Source of the DNA: Alphaproteobacteria bacterium
GTDB taxonomy: Bacteria; Pseudomonadota; Alphaproteobacteria; Rs-D84
Direction: 5' to 3'
Assembly: GCA_015062545.1 (NCBI GenBank)
Contig: SUUL01000001.1
Span: 27,402 to 91,401, forward strand
DNA: 64,000 nucleotides
This document shows positions 18,428 through 26,432 of the stretch, piece after piece. Below the pieces are notes generated by a model, which saw nothing but the letters and a program-made list of their open reading frames with translations, was not told where the DNA came from and did not search any database. The number at the start of each line of letters is the position of its first letter. Within the stretch, counting starts at the first letter, position 1. The position numbers were made by a program, and so were the translations under genes.

Positions 18428-21400
18428 TTATTTAAGTGCATTTTGTAATAATGTATAATTGCTGTTATACAAAGCCTGATCAGCAGGGCTGAGCGTTCCA
18501 TTATTGACCTGAACCACACCATTAATAAACATCGCATTGATTATCTGGAATGCTGCGGGCGATGCATCCGGGAACTGCAACCCATTATTAACCGCACCAA
18601 TGTATTTAGCGACCACAGATGGTGTTATATTCTTGTTTAACGCCAATCTGATTTGATCAACTGCACGAATACCGGTGTCTGTTGGATTCTGGAAGACATT
18701 AAACCACCCACCTGTTTCACCAATACCCAATAATGGCATCCATGATTTATACACACCATCCAAGTAATATGGCAACTGATAATTTTGATAATCAACAACC
18801 ACAACAGCCTGATTTGCAACTGTTACGATTGGCGCATACGTCCCAACCGTTGTTGGCAGTGGAATCAGTGATATTTGCCGACTGTCCACATAGCCAAACG
18901 GCCCAGATGCAACATTCAATATTTTTTCAATATCTGTTGGCACAGCAGGCGCAGGGGCAGTTATACTTTTCTGATTATCTTTTTTATTTTTTGCCGTGAC
19001 CAGCCCACCAATCAAGCCACCCGTTAACGCGGCCCCCGCAACCGCAGCTGTTGCAATCAAGCCAACATTTGGTTTTTTATCAACTGCATGTGGGTCAATC
19101 GTGCGCGATGGTGCCACCGGCGTTGTGGTTGAAATGACCACAGGTTCGGATTGTTGACGAACAGTTGTATCTGGTCTTTGCAAATCAGATTCCTGTATTG
19201 ATGTTACCCCGCCAGATAATCCAATATCTGATGTCAAGTCAGGTTGTGGTGCAAACACTGGTTTTTGTGTTGTTTTTGACGTTGACTCCAAGACCGGCTG
19301 TGGTGCAGCCTTGTCACGGTTTGGAATTTGAACATTCGCCAGATTTTTTTCTCCGTACGAAGTTGCAGCAGCAGCGGTTCCAGCAGCAACAACAGACCAA
19401 TTAGGATTCCAAACCTTGTTAACAACTGTTGTAACGCGATTGTTGGTTATCCATCTGATAAGGTCTGCTTTTTTTGTAAAGCTGCCTGTGTTACCATTGC
19501 CATACAGCAATCCACGCCAACGACCACCGCCACGCAATGCCGGATTAGGATCCCAACCTGGAACTCCTTTTGGCAACTTGTCTATAACCTCGCCAGTGGT
19601 CTGGTTATACCATGGCGGATTGTGACCATGACGGTAAATCCATCCAGTATTCTTTAGTTCATCCAGTTTGTCTACAACACTCATTACACGTGTAGTGATG
19701 GTCTTGACAGTTTGAAGCAATCCTGTAGCAATCATAACAACACCAGCAATAAACTGTACAGTATCCGCAACATTAATTATTGTCTGCTTTGTATTACTGC
19801 CATTACTTGGATTCAGTTTACATGTTGGCAAGGATTCATCGTACTCAATTTGACCTTCTTGGGGCTCTGCAATGCATCCCGCAACCAGTTGTTCAAAATA
19901 TGAATCTGAAGTTTTGCTTAAAACCCTGCTAAGCATTTCATCCAATCCGTTGCGGCGTTTAGCATCTAACGACTTGGCCCCCATAATTTCATCTAGATGC
20001 TTGCGCAGGAAGGCATCTGCTTGTTGCGCTGTTTGAATCTGATTCATTTCTACAAACCAATCAGACGCATCATTATCCATAACAATTTTGGCCACATCTG
20101 ATGTTGCCGCAGCTGCCACTGCGGCAGAACCGGCCGTAATCATAATTACTGCTGCTGTACCTGTTCCTGCCGTAGCAACCGTCACCAACAGTCCAACAGC
20201 CGCAATCCCCGTATTTGTCACAACATTTATGACCGTTTTAACGGTACCTGCGGTTGCGGATGCAGGCAACATACAAATCTTTTGCTGCTTGTCCCAATAT
20301 GCCTGTTTGCAGCCGGGGCAATCTTTGATATTTGCTTTGGCAACTTGGGCGCACTGCTGTTCAGTCAAATCACCACAATGTTCACCGTCAAACATACCCC
20401 CATTTGCGCGACAGCCCAACCCTTGCAAACTGCCGTCTATCTTTTTCTTTTGAGTCCACGTGACATTCGCCTGTGTTAAATCATCAAAAACAAAGTCAAC
20501 ACGTTTGCCATTAATATGACATACCAACACATCTTCGTTGTCTTCAAACGTATCACGTTTCCAGCGACGATGCGATTTTTCACATTCAAAACTGGTTACC
20601 GGGGTTGGTGCCAGTTTTACCGCACAATACTGCTTTATCGTTTCATCCAAAGAACCCATTGCCTGAATTTCGGTTTGATCCTTGGAGGATGAAAATACAA
20701 AGTTATCAATTTTACCTTCGTATTCATTTATAAGTTGTGATGCATCGGTGAATGCATTTTCCTCCACTACACATACATTGCCGCTGACGGATGCCGTATA
20801 ACCAAACTGTTTTGCGATTTTGTCCACAGAAGGACAAGCGGCTGGCTTATCACAGTCATTTGTATGCCCCGCAATGATACATATTGCTTTTTTTTGATTC
20901 AGATGCAGGTCATGATCCACAGATTCAAACAAGTCGTCAAATTGAAACTCGTAATACGTGACAGGGCTTGCCAACGAACGACACGCAATATAATCATCAT
21001 TCCATTCACTTACAAGACCAGCGGCACAAGTAGCTTTTGGCACCTTCCATGCGTTTTCCAGAAACATCTTTGCCATGAACATACCCTGACGGCGATTGGT
21101 ATTAATCCAACTGAAATTTTTTATACAATATCCGGCTTCTTCTTTGGTACATTTACGTTTCCAAACAGGCGACAATGCTTGTATAAAATCTTGACACTTT
21201 GATTTCTGGGATGCATTGTTCATATCCATACCACCGGCAACACAAACCTCTTTTAACTGTACCGCTGTTATTCCCGCATTATCATTCTGTTTAACAAAAT
21301 CTCTATACGCAGTGGCTGCCTTGGTTCTGTTTGTGGCATCCGGGAAGAACACCTCTAATGCATCAGCCAACACATCTTTTTCAACGGTTAATTTAACAGA

Positions 21401-21466
21401 ATCTGTTGCGGCATGCGCCCCATAAACGCAACAAAAACTTAAAATCAGTGCGATTATTTTCTTCAT
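18428..21466 (-). CDS. Large secreted protein (~1013 aa) with Cys-rich N-terminal region, Gly/Ala-zipper hydrophobic segments and an unknown central domain
   Basis: Signal peptide MKKIIALILSFCCVYGAHA. Many paired Cys. Hydrophobic GxxxG/AxxxA runs (GIAAVGLLVTVATAGTGTAAVIMITAGSAAVAAAA; VGLIATAAVAGAALTGGLIGGLVTA). Central RHGHNPPWYNQTTGEVIDKLPKGVPGWDPNP segment. Start abuts the stop of the upstream gene. Confidence 0.6.
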   Translation of the reverse strand: MKKIIALILSFCCVYGAHAATDSVKLTVEKDVLADALEVFFPDATNRTKAATAYRDFVKQNDNAGITAVQLKEVCVAGGMDMNNASQKSKCQDFIQALSPVWKRKCTKEEAGYCIKNFSWINTNRRQGMFMAKMFLENAWKVPKATCAAGLVSEWNDDYIACRSLASPVTYYEFQFDDLFESVDHDLHLNQKKAICIIAGHTNDCDKPAACPSVDKIAKQFGYTASVSGNVCVVEENAFTDASQLINEYEGKIDNFVFSSSKDQTEIQAMGSLDETIKQYCAVKLAPTPVTSFECEKSHRRWKRDTFEDNEDVLVCHINGKRVDFVFDDLTQANVTWTQKKKIDGSLQGLGCRANGGMFDGEHCGDLTEQQCAQVAKANIKDCPGCKQAYWDKQQKICMLPASATAGTVKTVINVVTNTGIAAVGLLVTVATAGTGTAAVIMITAGSAAVAAAATSDVAKIVMDNDASDWFVEMNQIQTAQQADAFLRKHLDEIMGAKSLDAKRRNGLDEMLSRVLSKTSDSYFEQLVAGCIAEPQEGQIEYDESLPTCKLNPSNGSNTKQTIINVADTVQFIAGVVMIATGLLQTVKTITTRVMSVVDKLDELKNTGWIYRHGHNPPWYNQTTGEVIDKLPKGVPGWDPNPALRGGGRWRGLLYGNGNTGSFTKKADLIRWITNNRVTTVVNKVWNPNWSVVAAGTAAAATSYGEKNLANVQIPNRDKAAPQPVLESTSKTTQKPVFAPQPDLTSDIGLSGGVTSIQESDLQRPDTTVRQQSEPVVISTTTPVAPSRTIDPHAVDKKPNVGLIATAAVAGAALTGGLIGGLVTAKNKKDNQKSITAPAPAVPTDIEKILNVASGPFGYVDSRQISLIPLPTTVGTYAPIVTVANQAVVVVDYQNYQLPYYLDGVYKSWMPLLGIGETGGWFNVFQNPTDTGIRAVDQIRLALNKNITPSVVAKYIGAVNNGLQFPDASPAAFQIINAMFINGVVQVNNGTLSPADQALYNSNYTLLQNALK

Positions 21467-22398
21467 TTCAGTACCCCCGTGCATTTTTCAGCAATTTCAG
21501 CAACCTGTTTAATCGCCTTGATTTGTGTCGCATTAAATACAGTCGCAGTAACCGATGCCGCAGTCGTTAAACCAGACATAACATTGGCCGCCGTATTCAT
21601 GCCCTTTTCCTTGGACTTGCCAGATGCGGTATTGTCATCACGAACCTGGGCACTGTTTGCACCGGCAGACAACCCAGTACCAATCACACCCGTTGCCGCA
21701 CCAACAATTGACGATGCCATCGCACCTGTGGCCCTGGTATTAATCTTGGACAAATCTGCATAATCATATTCACCACATGCTGATATAATATTATTTGCCT
21801 CGGTCACGTCTTGGCCAGAAATGCGCGCCTGGGTCACAGAACGGCGCAATGCATCAACCGCTGCACGACATGCCAAAATCTGGGCATTCAAATCACCATC
21901 AACACGATTTGTTCCCGCAATAACCGCACCCGCAACGTTGGTCGCCGCAGATGCCGCCGTTAACCCCGTACGCCAATCCCCCAACTTCTTGGATTGAGCG
22001 ACCGTTTTTTCCAATTCTTCTTGAACACTGTCCTGATTTTTTACAGCGGTTTCATAAGTGGCATTAAATTCTGATAAAAAGATTTCAAATTCTTCTTCTG
22101 TAAGCGGGGTCGCTGTGCCTTGCATTTCTTCGATTTCTTGCAGAATCTTTTCCAGTTCTTCGGCCTTTTTATCTTTGGCAGTTTTCACAATACCAACAAC
22201 AGTCGCACCGGCACCAGTGGCCGTTCCAACAGCCGTAACGGCAGTATTTATACCTGCCATTTTCTTCATATCCGCCAAGGCATCATCAATACCAACACAC
22301 GCAGTATATGTCGCACGCAATGCATCATCTAATGGCAAAATATCTGCCATGGCAGGTAATGTAAGCATACACACCAGTATAGAAAAATATTTTTTCAC
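21463..22398 (-). CDS. Secreted Ala/Gly/Thr-rich protein with glycine-zipper segments and an acidic coiled-coil
   Basis: Signal peptide MKKYFSILVCMLTLPAMA; GTATGAGATVVG, AGAVIAG and GAATGVIGTGLSAG zippers; EELEKILQEIEEMQ helix. Translationally coupled to the downstream 1013-aa gene. Confidence 0.6.
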   Translation of the reverse strand: MKKYFSILVCMLTLPAMADILPLDDALRATYTACVGIDDALADMKKMAGINTAVTAVGTATGAGATVVGIVKTAKDKKAEELEKILQEIEEMQGTATPLTEEEFEIFLSEFNATYETAVKNQDSVQEELEKTVAQSKKLGDWRTGLTAASAATNVAGAVIAGTNRVDGDLNAQILACRAAVDALRRSVTQARISGQDVTEANNIISACGEYDYADLSKINTRATGAMASSIVGAATGVIGTGLSAGANSAQVRDDNTASGKSKEKGMNTAANVMSGLTTAASVTATVFNATQIKAIKQVAEIAEKCTGVLK

Positions 22399-22615
22399 AA
22401 TAACCCCTCTCTTATTGGGAAATTATACCAAAAAGCGCACAAAAAACCCAGCAAAAAAAACGATTAATTTTACTTGTTTGTTTCAACAACAGGTGTTTTT
22501 TATACAATGTTGACAATATTGTCTGACATGACAGTGCATAAAAAATCTATACAGAACAAATTCATTAATTTTTTATTGCAAAAGTTACAAATGTAGTTAT
22601 AATCGGTTTTGCTTT

Positions 22616-22689
22616 TGGGGTGTCGTCTAATGGTAGGACAAGAGATTTTGGTTCTCTTTATCATGGTTCGAATCCGTGCGCCCCAACCA
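22616..22689 (+). tRNA. tRNA-Gln (anticodon UUG), CCA encoded
   Basis: Hand-folded cloverleaf: acceptor TGGGGTG/CGCCCCA with the U1:A72 pair characteristic of bacterial tRNA-Gln; D stem GTCT/GGAC; anticodon stem AGAGA/TCTCT with loop TTTTGGT; T arm CATGG-TTCGAAT-CCGTG. A TTGCAA-N16/17-TATAAT promoter lies ~35 bp upstream. Confidence 0.85.
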
Positions 22690-24162
22690 AGATTTACAAC
22701 CGTTCATGTTCAACAGAGCATCGAACGGTTTTCTTATTGAATATACTAATTTTTTGTCTTTTAGTTCACAGTTCGAAAGTAGCAAGTTCAAAAGTGCACG
22801 TTTTTGTTCTACTTTCGAACTCTTGAATAATTCGCCAGCATGTGATGCCAGCGCAAAGATTGATTCAACCGTTGTTGTAAATGTGCTGTCAGCTTGGCTG
22901 TGTGCGTTTAATTGTATGTCTATGGTATGCAGTTCTTCTTCTATCTCGGTCTTTTTGTCGTTGTAGTCGTCTTGGCTGATGCTGTTGCTGATAAGCAAAT
23001 CCAGCAGGCGGTTTTTCTTGGTTTTTAATTCGTTGTGCTTTTTCTGTAATTTGCTTGTTTCGTCCAGTAAATATGCGTTTTCAGCCCGTAATACATTGCT
23101 TAAACAATCGGCAATATCTTGCATGATTTCTGGTGGGAAAGATAATTTATCAAAGATTTCTGTGCTAATTTGGTTTAGCAGGTCATTTTCATTTACAGCA
23201 GGTTGCGAACAGTTGCCTTTGTAATGCGAACATTCTAGGTATGTATATGTCTTTCCGCTGGCTTTGGTCTTGGTGTCGCTTGTTATTGCACAACCACAGT
23301 CCGCACATTTGATTAAGCCCCTGAACACATACGGCTTTTCAGCATATTTGAATCGCTTACGGTTTTTACCGTTCATAATAGATTGACACTTATCAAACAA
23401 TGTCTTGTCTATTATGGGTTTATAGATGTGCGGATATAAAGTCCCTTTTACCAACATCATACCATAATAAAATGGGTTATTAAGCATCTTGAACAGGGTT
23501 GTTTTTGTTATTGGTAAATTCGTTTTTGGATTTGTTAATCCCCACTCTTTGGATTTTTGCAATAGTTCGCTGATTGTGTACAAGCCAGATGCGTATTCTT
23601 CAAACAGACGGCGTATTCCAAGTGCACGTTCTGGGTCTTGGATTATAATAGGTTTGTTGTTTATATCACGACGGTTTAAATAACCAAATGGTGCACAACT
23701 TTGCCAGATACCATGTTTGGTGTTGTAATCAATACTGCGTTTTACATTATCACGCAGGTTGCCAACGTATGTTTTTGCGGTAAATACCCCTAAATCCCAG
23801 CGAGCAATGTCCGTACTACTTGAATCTTTGTGTAAAATCAAGTTTTCACGAATAAAGTGTATCTCTATTTTATCGCTTTTGCGTAATTCGTCCAGTTCTA
23901 CGGATTCTTTGAAACTGCGCTGGATGCGGTCTATTGTATCGGCAACAAGGGCAACTTTTTCACGTTGTGCCTTTACAAAGTTTAACATTTCCGTAAATTT
24001 TTTACGTTCACCACGTGTAGAGCTTTCAGTTATCTGAAATGTTTTTAATAGCGGTAATTCTTTGTGCTGGGCATATTTTTTCATGTTTTCCAGCTGTGCA
24101 TCAATAGATTGCCCCATTTCTTGTTCTCGGGAAGATACACGTGCAAGAATTACCGCTTTCAT
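22627..24162 (-). CDS. Large serine recombinase (resolvase/invertase catalytic domain + recombinase domain + zinc ribbon + coiled coil)
   Basis: N-terminus MKAVILARVSSREQE with catalytic Ser; zinc ribbon CADCGC...CSHYKGNC; 511 aa. The last ~21 codons are encoded on the strand opposite tRNA-Gln. Confidence 0.9.
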   Translation of the reverse strand: MKAVILARVSSREQEMGQSIDAQLENMKKYAQHKELPLLKTFQITESSTRGERKKFTEMLNFVKAQREKVALVADTIDRIQRSFKESVELDELRKSDKIEIHFIRENLILHKDSSSTDIARWDLGVFTAKTYVGNLRDNVKRSIDYNTKHGIWQSCAPFGYLNRRDINNKPIIIQDPERALGIRRLFEEYASGLYTISELLQKSKEWGLTNPKTNLPITKTTLFKMLNNPFYYGMMLVKGTLYPHIYKPIIDKTLFDKCQSIMNGKNRKRFKYAEKPYVFRGLIKCADCGCAITSDTKTKASGKTYTYLECSHYKGNCSQPAVNENDLLNQISTEIFDKLSFPPEIMQDIADCLSNVLRAENAYLLDETSKLQKKHNELKTKKNRLLDLLISNSISQDDYNDKKTEIEEELHTIDIQLNAHSQADSTFTTTVESIFALASHAGELFKSSKVEQKRALLNLLLSNCELKDKKLVYSIRKPFDALLNMNGCKSWLGRTDSNHDKENQNLLSYH

Positions 24163-24210
24163 ATGTTTGTTCCTTTTATGTTTTATTCGCCATATACAAT
24201 TTAAGTCAGC

Positions 24211-24897
24211 CTAATCTTCGTCGTCTATATCTGTCCAAATAGATGTTTTATATGTTTGCTTTTTTAGTGGTTTTGTATTTTCGGTTTCGATTAGTTCATT
24301 TATGGCTGTAATTTTATTTTCTAAAATATTTATTTCTTTTTTTAGAGCAGATGTGTCTGCTGGTTTTATGTATTTGGCTATATCTGTTGGTATGTCTGTT
24401 AATATGTTGCTTTTGTTTTCTATTTCTTTGTGCTTGTTTGTTAAGTCTGTAATAAGTTGTTCTTTTTGTTTCTGCAACCATTTAATTCTATCGTTTTTTT
24501 CGAGAGATATGTATTGCGTGTTATTAACGATTTCCGATTTAAATGGTGTTAGTTTTATTTTTTTAGTGGTTGTTTTACTCCATTCAAAAATTGCCCATAT
24601 CAAAGATGTTAAATAAAACACAACCCCAAATGGGACAAAACACATCATGGCAAGAAAAATAATCCAACCCTTGTTTTTGCTGTTGCTTTTTAGTGTTATT
24701 GCTATGGGTATGCTTAAAAATACACAAGATATTCCAAAAAGAACGAATAGACATATTAGGTATAAATCATGAATCGAGTAATACATGTATCTCGGATAAT
24801 CTTCTAGTTGTAGGGCTATGTCGTTTGCGTTCATTACAGCAAAGAGTAAAGCTACTGGTGCTGAATATATCAATGATTTTATTATAGTATTCTTCAT
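24211..24897 (-). CDS. Membrane protein (about 4 TM) with a C-terminal coiled-coil; AT-rich
   Basis: AGGGGGATAGAT-ATG start with a strong SD at 24897; TM segments (LIYSAPVALLFAV, LYLICLFVLFGISCVFLSIPIAI, WIIFLAMMCFVPFGVVFYLTSLIWAIF); heptad-rich tail. The frame stays open another 140 codons upstream (to 25317, TTG) through GC-rich sequence; see findings. Confidence 0.55.
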   Translation of the reverse strand: MKNTIIKSLIYSAPVALLFAVMNANDIALQLEDYPRYMYYSIHDLYLICLFVLFGISCVFLSIPIAITLKSNSKNKGWIIFLAMMCFVPFGVVFYLTSLIWAIFEWSKTTTKKIKLTPFKSEIVNNTQYISLEKNDRIKWLQKQKEQLITDLTNKHKEIENKSNILTDIPTDIAKYIKPADTSALKKEINILENKITAINELIETENTKPLKKQTYKTSIWTDIDDED

Positions 24898-25270
24898 ATC
24901 TATCCCCCTGTAAGTGTAAAAAAGACCGCCATAGGGAATAAGACGGTCGGGGAGTTGATAAATCAGCTTACAAATGATTCCGTGGCTTTTAGGTTTCCCC
25001 TGTTGTATAGCCAACAGCCCCCCGACCACAAAGGTCAGGGACATAACGGTGCAACGCACCATTACATCAAGATAACGATGCGTATCTGCACCGTGTAAGC
25101 TGGGCTTATCACAGCCCCGAATCCAATTCCCACTGGATTCAATGTACAGTATATACTGAAAATTCCAAAACACCAAGAAATAATTCATGGTGGGGTATAG
25201 GGTGGCAAAGTTTTTATATGTTGGCATGGGGCAACCCTTTTTGGTTTGTTGTGGGGCGGTGGATACTGTG

Positions 25271-25317
25271 TTGAAAAAAACAGCAAAATGTGATATAATT
25301 TGTTTGGCAACAAACAA
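25271..25317 (+). promoter_or_regulatory. Near-consensus sigma70 promoter (TTGAAA-N17-TGaTATAAT) with a TTGTTTG-GCAA-CAAACAA inverted repeat at the predicted start site
   Basis: -35 at 25271-25276, 17-nt spacer, extended -10 at 25291-25299, inverted repeat at 25300-25317. Points rightward into the 36-bp palindrome and the 3' end of the HUH gene. Confidence 0.5.
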
Positions 25318-25324
25318 GTTTATC

Positions 25325-25360
25325 TGATTTATAGATACGCCATGGCGTATCTATAAATCA
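25325..25360. repeat. 36-bp perfect palindrome (TGATTTATAGATACGCCATGGCGTATCTATAAATCA)
   Basis: Exact inverted repeat with no spacer, read directly; lies 94 bp beyond the stop of the HUH gene. Confidence 0.9.
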
Positions 25361-25453
25361 ATGAAAGTTGCTATTTTTTTGTTGTTCGCCCAGAAATTCG
25401 CATCTTTCCATTATTTGAAAAATGAAAAAACGCAGATTCTTGCATCTTATATG

Positions 25454-25963
25454 TTATAAAATACGTCCAACCCATTGTTTTCCACGTTTCTTTTTACCAA
25501 ATAAGTATTCAGATGTAATAAGCACAGAATTGGCGTATGCATCGTCCACACTGTTTAATTGTTTGGTGCAGTATTTTGCAACTTGCCACTCTGTCCCTGG
25601 GGTTATTTCTTGTAAATAGGGATTCCTGGGGATTGGTGTTTGTCTTGTTCGTACACTTATCTTGTGAAATGCTTGTTTCCATTGTGATAAGGTATGCTGT
25701 GTATCTTTTATCAGTATATGCATGTGATATTCCCCAAATTCATTTATCTCGCCAAAACCGATAAAAGGTATATGGTGGCGATGCCACCCACGTCCCATTA
25801 GTTCCCTTTGTACACGGGACATAAAATAATCCAGACGTTTTTCCAGTACAGGTATTGTACGTGTTCTGTGGTTCAAGTCCCATTGTAGGGTTAAGTGATA
25901 GTTTGGTGCAAAGTCCTGTACATATTTTATAAGGTCTTTGTTTTTTTGATTTTCTTTTATCAT
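25454..25963 (-). CDS. HUH-superfamily endonuclease, 169 aa (IS200/IS605 TnpA- or RAYT-like Y1 transposase, or a minimal Rep)
   Basis: AAAAGGAG RBS; N-terminal NYHLTLQWDLNHRTR (resembles IS200 YHxVWxxKYRR and Rep motif 1); HUH motif EYHMHILI; catalytic Tyr motif AKYCTKQ (YxxxQ / YxxK). Flanked by palindromes at 25325-25360 and 26358-26373. Confidence 0.6.
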   Translation of the reverse strand: MIKENQKNKDLIKYVQDFAPNYHLTLQWDLNHRTRTIPVLEKRLDYFMSRVQRELMGRGWHRHHIPFIGFGEINEFGEYHMHILIKDTQHTLSQWKQAFHKISVRTRQTPIPRNPYLQEITPGTEWQVAKYCTKQLNSVDDAYANSVLITSEYLFGKKKRGKQWVGRIL

Positions 25964-26357
25964 ACCGTACTCCTTTTGGGTATTAGTTATTTAATGGGGT
26001 TATTCCCCAATTTTTATTTGATTTGTGTGGATTTTTCGCTGATTACACTTGCAATAAGGGCGGGGTGCAATATTATTGTTTATGTAATAGAGTCCACAAA
26101 TATGCCCCCCTGTATATCGTAAAAAAGGGGTGCGCTGGGTCTGCGCTGGCTGAACATACCCCCTATACCACCCCCTTTATCTGTTTTTGTTCTTTGGCTA
26201 TATCAGCAAGAATCTTGAAAAACGCAATTAAGCCCCCAGCCGCATCTGTGGCATCTGTGTCCGATATTGGCTCGGCGTACAGTTTTTTGATTTTCGAAGA
26301 TAACTTGCTTTGTGAGTTCATACTGTGAGAATATGAACTTTTTTTTGGTGTGGTGGT

Positions 26358-26373
26358 CGTATGCCGGCATACG
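26358..26373. repeat. 16-bp perfect palindrome CGTATGCCGGCATACG upstream of the HUH gene
   Basis: Exact inverted repeat; shares the ATACG/CGTAT arms with the core of the 36-bp palindrome. Confidence 0.8.
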
Positions 26374-26432
26374 CCATATTTTTTTGTTATTTTTTTCTAG
26401 AAATTGTAATTTTTGTCTTTTATGCTTTTATT

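Noticed and set aside
25422-25619. 65-aa plus-strand ORF overlapping the 3' part of the HUH gene
   Set aside because: It is antisense to a gene with clear HUH motifs and has no RBS. The plus-strand transcript here is more likely a non-coding countertranscript (see findings).
24898-26373. Retron, or an IS605 TnpB/omega-RNA system
   Set aside because: No reverse transcriptase or TnpB/IscB-sized ORF is present anywhere in the region. Only the small HUH protein and structured DNA are present.
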